A DNA stretch of 64,000 nucleotides, from the NCBI GenBank assembly GCA_031430435.1, contig JANPBM010000044.1, forward strand, positions 8,904 to 72,903, read 5' to 3'. The DNA comes from Acidobacteriota bacterium (GTDB lineage: Bacteria; Acidobacteriota; Blastocatellia; Pyrinomonadales; Pyrinomonadaceae). Under the pieces are notes generated by a model that saw only the letters and a program-made list of their open reading frames with translations, was not told where the DNA came from and ran no database searches. The position numbers were made by a program, and so were the translations under genes. Positions 56,833 to 64,000 of this stretch are shown piece after piece (positions within the stretch are counted from its first letter, which is position 1; every line of letters starts with the position of its first letter).

Positions 56833-57390
56833 TTAAGAGAAAATCGGCGGAGAACGCGGATTGATATTGCGTGAGATTTCGGTTAAATCGCGCGTGATTT
56901 GAAAGTCGAATTTGCAGGATTTATTGTAATTCGGCGGACGTGAAAGTTGCGGCAAAGTCAGTTTTACGAGTCGCGGTTTGATAAAATCGCGGTGGAAATT
57001 ATTTGCCGCCGTTTCAAACTTCGTCTGTTTTGAAACTTCGCCGTTTGGTAAATTCGGGAAATTATTTATCAACACTTGCTTGCCTTTTTCAAGATAATCA
57101 AACAATAAATTTTCCGTAACTCTTTGCGATGCAATGGTTTTTAACGAAAGTTCGGCAATTAACTCGGCTTTCTTTTTGTCGGTCGCGCAAATATTTTTGA
57201 AAGTATCGTTTTCCGAAATTTTTTCGATATTTGTTTTTACCCAAGTTTTTTGCAACGGACAATAAACTGAATTTACGCTTTCGCGCGGGTTATGCGGATG
57301 AATGAAATTTGCGGAAAATAAGGCGAACAAAAAGCACAGGCAAAAAACTTTGCCCGAAATTGTATTAAATTTACTTGCTTGCTTCGACAT
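56833..57390 (-). CDS. Hypothetical secreted protein
   Basis: N-terminal hydrophobic signal-like segment. No recognisable domain. Confidence 0.35.
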   Translation of the reverse strand: MSKQASKFNTISGKVFCLCFLFALFSANFIHPHNPRESVNSVYCPLQKTWVKTNIEKISENDTFKNICATDKKKAELIAELSLKTIASQRVTENLLFDYLEKGKQVLINNFPNLPNGEVSKQTKFETAANNFHRDFIKPRLVKLTLPQLSRPPNYNKSCKFDFQITRDLTEISRNINPRSPPIFS

Positions 57391-57601
57391 TGTAAAAGTT
57401 TATAATTGCATCGGTAAACAAATTTTTCAAGCGCAAACATGATTTTACGACAAATCAAACAATCTGTCGCAAACGATATTCGACGCGGCAGATTACAAAT
57501 AAAAAGCGCGAAATTGTCATAAACCGGCTTTACTGTCGAGTTCATAAAGTCAAGAGAAAATTTATTGCCCGCTTAATTATAAACAATCGGTTATCAAACA
57601 A

Positions 57602-58825
57602 ATGTTGACTTCAGATTTAGCCATAAATTTTCGACGCGGCGACAAAGTTTTTCCGCGACTAATTGCCGCAAACGATCCGGATTACTTGCGCGATGTTGCG
57701 TGTTTGGTCGAAATTTTGAACGAATTTATCGGCAAAAATCGCGGTGAATTGGAACGTGAATTAGAAGAGTACATCGGCACCGGCACAGATTTCAAAATTC
57801 TTCGCGGATTTATCAAATTGCTTGACGATCGTTGCAAATTTGCGACTTCGAGCGTTGCCGAACCTTCGGAAATTCGACGAAAAGTTTTTCTTGAAGCGAA
57901 AAAATTTCAGCCTGTTTTTCCGAATTCTCCGCAACGAAGCGAGGTTTTATTAAACGTTGCAACGTCCTTGAACACAGATGCAAATACAATCGAATCAAAC
58001 CTTTACGCGGATTTATCGGCTCAACAAAAGTTAATTTCGTTTGATGAAATTACGCCGAAAGATTTGCTTAATCGCTATAATTTGGCGCAAGCGCAGGCGT
58101 TGCTTTATAAATGCGTCGAGATGCGAATTTGGGTTGAGCCGAGTTCCGACAAGGCAAATTATCGGGCGATTTTCGGTTGGATAAAGCATTTTAATTTGAT
58201 TCATTCGGTTGCCGGAAACGCCGAAAACGGCTACGAAATAACGCTCACGGGCGCGGCTTCGTTGTTTCATCGTTCGCAAAAATACGGAGTTCAAATGTCG
58301 GTTTTTTTGCCCGCGTTATTGTTGTGTTCAGGCTGGAAAATGTCGGCGGAAGTTACGCAAAAATTCGGCGGAAATTTATTTTACGAACTTTCAAGCAACC
58401 AAAATGAATTGAATTCGTGTTATTTTGAAGACACGGAATTTGAAAATCCTTCGCTCGAAAAACTCGAAAAAGACTGGGAAAAATCAAAAACGACTTGGCG
58501 ATTAGAGGAAAATAAAGCGGTCGTCGATTTAGGTAAAATCGTATTTATTCCCGATTTTACGCTGACTTCGCCCGATAACGAAAAGATTTATTTGGACGTT
58601 TTAGGTTTTTGGACTCCGAAAAGTTTGCAGCAACGATTAGATGAATTTCGTTCGATAAATTTCGACAAATTTATTATTGCCGTCAGCCGGGAACTTTGCG
58701 GAAGTCGCGAAGAATCGACAAGCACATCAGAAAATGTTCTGTTTTTCAAATCGTCGCTCAAACCTTTTGCTGTCGAAGAAACCGCCGAGAAAATCGTGAA
58801 ACGCGACCAAAATTCCGCTTCATAA
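57602..58825 (+). CDS. DUF790 family (Bax1-like PD-(D/E)xK nuclease) protein, tentative
   Basis: N-terminus MLTSDLAINFRRGDKVFPRLI... resembles DUF790/Bax1 starts. The C-terminus has a nuclease-like IVFIPDFTL...EKIYLDVLGFWTPK (PD-(D/E)xK-like). No XPB-type helicase gene is adjacent. Confidence 0.35.
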   Translation: MLTSDLAINFRRGDKVFPRLIAANDPDYLRDVACLVEILNEFIGKNRGELERELEEYIGTGTDFKILRGFIKLLDDRCKFATSSVAEPSEIRRKVFLEAKKFQPVFPNSPQRSEVLLNVATSLNTDANTIESNLYADLSAQQKLISFDEITPKDLLNRYNLAQAQALLYKCVEMRIWVEPSSDKANYRAIFGWIKHFNLIHSVAGNAENGYEITLTGAASLFHRSQKYGVQMSVFLPALLLCSGWKMSAEVTQKFGGNLFYELSSNQNELNSCYFEDTEFENPSLEKLEKDWEKSKTTWRLEENKAVVDLGKIVFIPDFTLTSPDNEKIYLDVLGFWTPKSLQQRLDEFRSINFDKFIIAVSRELCGSREESTSTSENVLFFKSSLKPFAVEETAEKIVKRDQNSAS

Positions 58826-58886
58826 AAAACAATGTTACAATCAGTTCAAGTTTTATAAAACCAATCTTTTTAACGATTAAACCCGA

Positions 58887-60116
58887 ATGACAATCGAAGT
58901 TACTTCAAATAATCCGGTTGTAAAAGCCATTATTGCCCAAACCGCGCCGCGTCCCGCCCAACTCGCGGCGGCTCGCGGGGCATTGCCTTTGCCGCAAGCC
59001 GATTTGCTTGAAGCCTTAGTGTTTTTGTTGAAAAGCAACGATGCCGAACTTGCAAATTCCGCCCGGCAAACGCTTGGTTCACAAACGACCGAAGACCTTT
59101 TAACGCTTGCCGAATCAAAAGAAATCTCGCCGAATATTTTGGCGTATCTGGCTGAAAACAAAGAGATTCCGCACGCCATTCACGAACAAATCGTACTTAA
59201 TCCGAATACGCCGAACGATTCGATTGTCAATCTTGCAAAAAATACGGCGGACGGAAGTTTGCTCGAACTGATTTCGTTTAATCAGCAACGGTTGATCGGC
59301 GTTCCCGAACTGATTGACATTATTCTCAAAAATCCTTCGCGCACGCCCGAAGCCGAACGTCGCGTAACAGAAACAAAGCGTGAGTTTTTTGAAAAAGAAC
59401 GCGGAGCAAAACAAATTGCGGACGAACTGCGGGCGAGAGGACAAGAAGCGGCGGCGGAATTTGTCGAACAAGCCGAATTTATCGAGGAAATCGTCGAGGT
59501 GGAAACCGTCGGAAAATTGACGGTCGATGATGTGATGTTTTTGGCAAATTACATCGAAGTTCCGGATGCCGAACTTGACGATTCTTGGCTTTCGCTTGAA
59601 TACATCGAGGAAATTTACGAAGAAACCGAAGAGCAACGCGAAGCCAACGTCAAAAAAATTATCGGTGAATTAAAAATCGACGGCGATGAAGTTACGTCCG
59701 AAAGAGTTTCGATGATTCAGAAAATAATGGGCTTAAAGATGAAAGATCGCATCAAATATGCCATGAAAGGCGACCGCGAAGTTCGCACAATTTTGATTCG
59801 TGATGCAAATCGACTTGTCTGCACGGCGGTTGTCCAAAATAATCGAATCACCGAACAGGAAGTCGAGAAAATCGCGGCAATGCGAACAGTTCCCGAAGAT
59901 GTTTTGCGGCAAATTGCCATCAATCGCAATTTTGCCCGAAGTTATGCGATTTCTCATAATCTCGCCCGCAATCCGCGAACGCCGATTTCTCACGTTTTTA
60001 CGATTTTAACTCGTTTGCAAACAAGAGATTTGCAGGCAATGTCAAAGAATCGAAACATTCCGGATGCCGTTCGTCGCCAAGCTCTTCGTTTTGCAGAAGC
60101 GCGCGGAGGACGTTAG
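58887..60116 (+). CDS. Hypothetical alpha-helical repeat protein (recurring L.NP.TP motifs)
   Basis: Motifs IVLNPNTPNDSIVNLAKN, ILKNPSRTPEAERRV, and LARNPRTPISHVFTIL, with an acidic middle region (EEIVEVETV...EEIYEETEEQRE). Confidence 0.35.
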   Translation: MTIEVTSNNPVVKAIIAQTAPRPAQLAAARGALPLPQADLLEALVFLLKSNDAELANSARQTLGSQTTEDLLTLAESKEISPNILAYLAENKEIPHAIHEQIVLNPNTPNDSIVNLAKNTADGSLLELISFNQQRLIGVPELIDIILKNPSRTPEAERRVTETKREFFEKERGAKQIADELRARGQEAAAEFVEQAEFIEEIVEVETVGKLTVDDVMFLANYIEVPDAELDDSWLSLEYIEEIYEETEEQREANVKKIIGELKIDGDEVTSERVSMIQKIMGLKMKDRIKYAMKGDREVRTILIRDANRLVCTAVVQNNRITEQEVEKIAAMRTVPEDVLRQIAINRNFARSYAISHNLARNPRTPISHVFTILTRLQTRDLQAMSKNRNIPDAVRRQALRFAEARGGR

Positions 60117-60180
60117 GAAAGTTAAAAACTGAAAGTGAACGGCAAGAAATATCGGTGTTTTTAAAGATTCTGATTGCTTT

Positions 60181-60702
60181 TTATTTTTGTCGTTTCAGGT
60201 GTTTCACAATGTCGGCAAGTGCGGGAACGATGAAAATTGCACAGGCAAACCCTAAAATCGCGCCTGTGATTAAGCGTGAAACATGCGTATTCTCCCAAAT
60301 ACCAAAAAAGCCGAGCGAAAAATCGATTCCCATCGGAATCATTGCCAAAAACAGCCAAAATCGCGGAAACGGTTCGGTATTTTCTATGTTGCGAAAAATC
60401 GGATAAACGATAAGTCCGAGAAAAAAGCCGAGATACACGCCGAAACATCTGGCACAAACCGCGAACGGAAATTCGTGATAATGAAAAGAACGACTGTTTA
60501 TTTGATGGCAAATGTAGCTGAAGAATCGGTACGCAGGTTGTGAAATCGATTTTGTTCCGGTTGCTTCAAAAATCGGCGCGGAAAATATCAGAAACAACCA
60601 GACGAACGCGATAAAGGTAAAAACGCCCCAAACCAACCGAGAATATGTTCGCAATTTCACGACCTCAGTTTGCGAAACATAGTTTTCGGCGGAAAGTTTC
60701 AT
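60181..60702 (-). CDS. DUF2085 membrane protein
   Basis: YICHQINSRSFHYHEFPFAVCARCFGVYLGFFLG matches the DUF2085 CH...CARC signature. Confidence 0.55.
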   Translation of the reverse strand: MKLSAENYVSQTEVVKLRTYSRLVWGVFTFIAFVWLFLIFSAPIFEATGTKSISQPAYRFFSYICHQINSRSFHYHEFPFAVCARCFGVYLGFFLGLIVYPIFRNIENTEPFPRFWLFLAMIPMGIDFSLGFFGIWENTHVSRLITGAILGFACAIFIVPALADIVKHLKRQK

Positions 60703-60705
60703 AAG

Positions 60706-60996
60706 CTAATCAACGAAATCAACCGAGATGACCTTTTCGGAAACAGCTTTTCCAATCGCCGCAACTTCTTGGTGCGCGGCGTGAACCGTATATTCGTCCA
60801 ACGCTTTTTTATCGGCGAAAACTGCGACCAAACCTGTGTCAAACGAGCGGTCAAGATGCAAAATATCGCTCCCGACGCTCAGACTTTTTATGCAGTCAAT
60901 TTCGTTTTTCAGGTTTTGTAGTCTTGCAACGTGGTTTTTTCGTTGTTCTTCGGTTGCTTCGGCGTTGTATTTCCAACAAACAATGTGTGTCAGCAT
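60706..60996 (-). CDS. Dabb (stress-responsive A/B-barrel) family protein
   Basis: MLTHIVCWKYNAEATEE...ALDEYTVHAAHQEV is the Dabb signature. 96 aa. Confidence 0.6.
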   Translation of the reverse strand: MLTHIVCWKYNAEATEEQRKNHVARLQNLKNEIDCIKSLSVGSDILHLDRSFDTGLVAVFADKKALDEYTVHAAHQEVAAIGKAVSEKVISVDFVD

Positions 60997-61052
60997 AATT
61001 TTTTGAATTCAAGGTTTAAGATTTTTGTCTGCTATTAATTTGAATCTTAAAT

Positions 61053-61502
61053 TTATCGTGATTCGCACCAATCTTTTGTAACTTTGTGGCGATATTCAAA
61101 CATTTTTTCGAGCTTTGGCGTAACCAAAAACGGCGCAAACGGAACGCCGAGAAAACCGAACGGTGGTTCGAATTCGATTTCGTCGCGCAAAATCGCGCCT
61201 TTTTCGTGCGGTAAAACGATGTGTTGATGTCGCCAACGGCGAAACGGTCCCGAAAGTTGAATGTCTTCAAACATTTTCGGCGAATCGAATTTTGTGTGTT
61301 CGGCAACCCATCGCACGGGAATTATTCCGAACAATTTTGTTTCGATAATTGCTTGCGAACCGATTTTTGAAATATCGGCTTTTTGGACAACTTTGACGGT
61401 TTCCCACGGCGGCGAAAGTCTTTCAAACGCATCGGGTTGCAAGTGAAAATTAAACACCCTTTCGGGCGTGGCATTGATGATTGTTTCTTTGATAAATTGC
61501 AT
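61053..61502 (-). CDS. SRPBCC (polyketide cyclase/START-like) family protein
   Basis: MQFIKETIINATPERVFNFHLQPDAFERLSPPWETVKVV resembles the Polyketide_cyc2 N-terminus. Confidence 0.55.
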   Translation of the reverse strand: MQFIKETIINATPERVFNFHLQPDAFERLSPPWETVKVVQKADISKIGSQAIIETKLFGIIPVRWVAEHTKFDSPKMFEDIQLSGPFRRWRHQHIVLPHEKGAILRDEIEFEPPFGFLGVPFAPFLVTPKLEKMFEYRHKVTKDWCESR

Positions 61503-61793
61503 TTACCAACTCACGTTTCCTTCTTTCGACGTATCGATTTGGGCAAGATTAACGCCTTCGTTATAAAAGAAAATCTTCATATTATCAAACAAAAATTCGT
61601 GCGTGTCAGGATTTGAAACATCCAAACCAAAGTGATTTATCAGTTGATTTTGCTTTTGCAGCCAATCTTTCCAACAATTTTGACAACATTCCGCTCCAAT
61701 TTTTTGACCAAGTTCGGTCGGAATCGGAGCATAACCGATCGGTTCTGTTTTCTTTTCGCACTTTGCACACTTAAATCCGCCAAATAATGCCAT
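61503..61793 (-). CDS. yggX: YggX-like Fe(II)-trafficking / oxidative damage protection protein
   Basis: PTELGQKIGAECCQNCWKDWLQKQNQLINHFGLD aligns with E. coli YggX [34 protein letters not shown]. Confidence 0.6.
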   Translation of the reverse strand: MALFGGFKCAKCEKKTEPIGYAPIPTELGQKIGAECCQNCWKDWLQKQNQLINHFGLDVSNPDTHEFLFDNMKIFFYNEGVNLAQIDTSKEGNVSW

Positions 61794-61898
61794 AATTTCA
61801 CCTACTTTATTGATTCACTTTTTGATTTATTCATTAACTCATTGAAAATCTGCAATCCTGCAATGATTCAATGAATAAATGATTCAATCTTACAATTC

Positions 61899-62348
61899 CT
61901 AAACGTTTGCTTTTTTTATTTCCGCCAAAACATCCGAATCTTTCGGACGAAAAACGCTTAAACTTTCTACTTTGTGATAACTGATTTTGCCGAGTTTATC
62001 AATGACGACAATCGCTCGCGCCGAACGTCCGGGAACCCAGGACTTGACGTTATACAAACTGACAACTTCGCCTTTTTCATCGGATAAAAGCCGTAAAGTT
62101 AAGTTATATTGGTCGGCGAAACTTTTGTGCGAAACGCTTGAATCCGTTGAAATTCCGACAACTTCCGCACCCGTTGCTTTGTAATCGCTCCAATTATCAC
62201 GCACGGAACAAAGCTGTTTGGTGCAAACCGGCGTGTTATCGCCCGGATAAAATATCAACACGACAACCTTTCCGGCTTGGTCAGTCAGCGACCAATTTTC
62301 GCCGTTTCCGTCTTTTAGCGCAAAATGCGGGGCTTGTTTTCCAATCAT
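61899..62348 (-). CDS. bcp: Peroxiredoxin Bcp/PrxQ (AhpC/TSA family)
   Basis: GKQAPHFALKDGNGENWSLTDQAGKVVVLIFYPGDNTPVCTKQLC has the peroxidatic and resolving Cys in the PrxQ arrangement. Confidence 0.8.
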   Translation of the reverse strand: MIGKQAPHFALKDGNGENWSLTDQAGKVVVLIFYPGDNTPVCTKQLCSVRDNWSDYKATGAEVVGISTDSSVSHKSFADQYNLTLRLLSDEKGEVVSLYNVKSWVPGRSARAIVVIDKLGKISYHKVESLSVFRPKDSDVLAEIKKANV

Positions 62349-62459
62349 TTATTCATCATAACATCAGGATTGAAACAAATTAAAACACAAGTGCGCAAGG
62401 AGTCGGAGAAAAAAGTTGATTTCGGCTGAAATAAATGGGTTTCGGCAATTCCAATGTCA

Positions 62460-63143
62460 TTATTCACGATTTAATTGCTGTTGAAATTCGACTGAAGAAA
62501 CTTTGCGGAAGTCTTTCGGAACTTCAAAAAAACTTTCGTCCGCTTGCAGTTTCAAATTTTGGATTTCGCTCGAATACATCAAAGTTCGCTCTTCGCCGTT
62601 GATGCTGTAAAACTCTTGACGCATCGGCAGTTTAAAATTTTCGTCAACATAAATCAACGATTCCGATTCACCGAACGATGCCCGATATTTTGTCAAACCG
62701 TTTTCATCGCCAAGATTTTCAAACCTCGCGTCAATTTTTTGATTAAGTAATTCGGTTGTCAGAAAACTTTGCAAAGTTTCGGTTGAATTATCGGAAGTTG
62801 TTGTCGGCGTTAGGTTTTCCGCAAAAATCTTTTTGTCAAAGTTAATTAAATACGATTTTGTCGCGTCAATTTTTAATATTGCAATATCGTTGCTGATCGA
62901 AAAGAATCGCATTCCGCTTTTGGCAACAAGTGTTCTTTGTTCCTCGTCATCGCTTTTTACGACAACTTCAAGCTGATAATTTTCGGGTTCTTTGGTCGGA
63001 AAAAATACTTCGTTCTTAGTTTCGGACGTGTTAATTTGAGTTTCGGCTGTGTTTGTATTGGCGGAATTCTGCCAAAAACTGCACGATTGGCAGTAAATGA
63101 GCGTAGAAATTAAAACTAATTTAAGTGATTTTGACGAAAACAT
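62460..63143 (-). CDS. Hypothetical secreted/lipoprotein-like protein
   Basis: N-terminal signal peptide with Cys (LISTLIYCQSC). No recognisable domain. Confidence 0.35.
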   Translation of the reverse strand: MFSSKSLKLVLISTLIYCQSCSFWQNSANTNTAETQINTSETKNEVFFPTKEPENYQLEVVVKSDDEEQRTLVAKSGMRFFSISNDIAILKIDATKSYLINFDKKIFAENLTPTTTSDNSTETLQSFLTTELLNQKIDARFENLGDENGLTKYRASFGESESLIYVDENFKLPMRQEFYSINGEERTLMYSSEIQNLKLQADESFFEVPKDFRKVSSVEFQQQLNRE

Positions 63144-63174
63144 TGTGTAGGTTAGAATTTTATCACAAAGAAAA

Positions 63175-63960
63175 ATGAACGTTAATCAACTGCAAAGGAA
63201 ATTTTTTATCAACGGCGTTCTGCTCGCCCCGATATTGCCGTTTTTATATCTGCAAGGACAAATTACGCGTTGGAAAGTCGGCAAATTACCCGACGCGCAA
63301 GGCGAAACAAGCGGCGAAGTCGTCGGGAATGATGAAGTTATAAACTTACTGGCAATCGGTGAATCAACCGTCGCGGGCGTTGGTGCAAAAACTCACGCCG
63401 AAGCCTTAACCGGACAATTCGCTAAATACCTGAAGCTGAAAACCGGCAAAACAGTCCGTTGGAATGCGTTAGGCGAAAGCGGAATTACGATTCAACGCAC
63501 GATCAGCGAACTTGTACCGAAAATTCCGCAATCGGACGGGACGAAATTTGACGTAATTTTAATCGGACTCGGCGGAAATGATGTTTTCGGACTTACCACG
63601 CCAAAAAAATGGCGAACCGGTTTAGCGGCATTACTCGACATTTTCCGTGAAAAATATCCGAATGCAACGATATATGTCGGCAATGTTCCGATGGTCAGAG
63701 ATTTTATCGCGTTGCCCGATCCGCTTCGATACGTTTTGTCGCGTGTCGCTAAGATACAGCATTTCAACAGTTTAGATTTAATTTCAAACTATGAAAACGT
63801 GCATTATTATCTGCCGCGAAGCAAGTTCACCGCCGAACACTTCAGCGACGGCATTCATCCGTCCGCACACGGCTACGAAAAATGGGCGGAAGATATGGTG
63901 GAGTTTTTCTTTGAAAAATTAGGGGAAAAAGTAAAAGGGAAAGCCGGTGCGTGGAATTGA
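63175..63960 (+). CDS. SGNH/GDSL hydrolase family protein
   Basis: Block I LAIGESTVAGVGA (catalytic Ser), block III ILIGLGGNDV, and a C-terminal DGIHPSAHGY (DxxH). Confidence 0.65.
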   Translation: MNVNQLQRKFFINGVLLAPILPFLYLQGQITRWKVGKLPDAQGETSGEVVGNDEVINLLAIGESTVAGVGAKTHAEALTGQFAKYLKLKTGKTVRWNALGESGITIQRTISELVPKIPQSDGTKFDVILIGLGGNDVFGLTTPKKWRTGLAALLDIFREKYPNATIYVGNVPMVRDFIALPDPLRYVLSRVAKIQHFNSLDLISNYENVHYYLPRSKFTAEHFSDGIHPSAHGYEKWAEDMVEFFFEKLGEKVKGKAGAWN

Positions 63961-64000
63961 AGATTCTCGCGGATAACAAATGCTTTTAATTTCAAAGGAC

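Noticed and set aside
61160-61180. GGTTCGAATTCG resembling a tRNA T-psi-C arm
   Set aside because: It is inside the SRPBCC coding sequence, with no acceptor, D or anticodon stem context. I could not find a tRNA gene in any intergenic region of the window.

Overview
This 64 kb window is a gene-dense chromosomal segment from a bacterium of uncertain phylum. The only lineage hints are a BshA-type glycosyltransferase, a CdaA/CdaR c-di-AMP module, a CarboxypepD_reg-type TonB-dependent receptor with a PepSY-TM partner, and moderate GC. There are about 60 protein-coding genes on both strands and no rRNA, tRNA, CRISPR array or transposase. Most of the content is housekeeping: an E2-E1 fused Kgd/OdhA-type 2-oxoglutarate dehydrogenase, purF, pgi, RNase Z, recN, ndh, bcp, yggX, an aspartate-type aminotransferase and kptA. 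The rest is envelope or secreted proteins: M16 and M28 peptidases, a flotillin-like protein, a TonB-like protein, a 3D-domain protein, a CusF-like protein, a GT39-like membrane protein and an SGNH hydrolase. The main observations are listed below.
- A lipoprotein rhodanese gene carries an in-frame TGA two codons after its catalytic Cys. A hairpin 15 nt downstream has an apical GGUCUG that closely resembles the E. coli fdhF SECIS, so this is a candidate selenoprotein (or a pseudogene).
- An AT-rich islet between a sugar transferase gene and ndh carries a Panacea (DUF4065) antitoxin-like gene translationally coupled to an unrecognisable 137-aa partner, a candidate novel toxin.
- A near-consensus Rex-type operator sits immediately upstream of ndh.
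- A dispersed CGCAAAG/CTTTGCG direct-plus-inverted repeat element occurs in two intergenic regions.
- A DUF790 (Bax1-like) nuclease lacks its usual XPB helicase partner and is followed by a repeat protein.
- An SPFH/flotillin protein has three tandem ~65-aa inserts.
- A HEAT-repeat protein is fused to a cyclophilin domain.
- A heptanucleotide tandem repeat lies inside a sugar-transferase gene.
- Several palindromes and terminators are listed.
All family assignments are from motif recognition by eye; no database searches were run.
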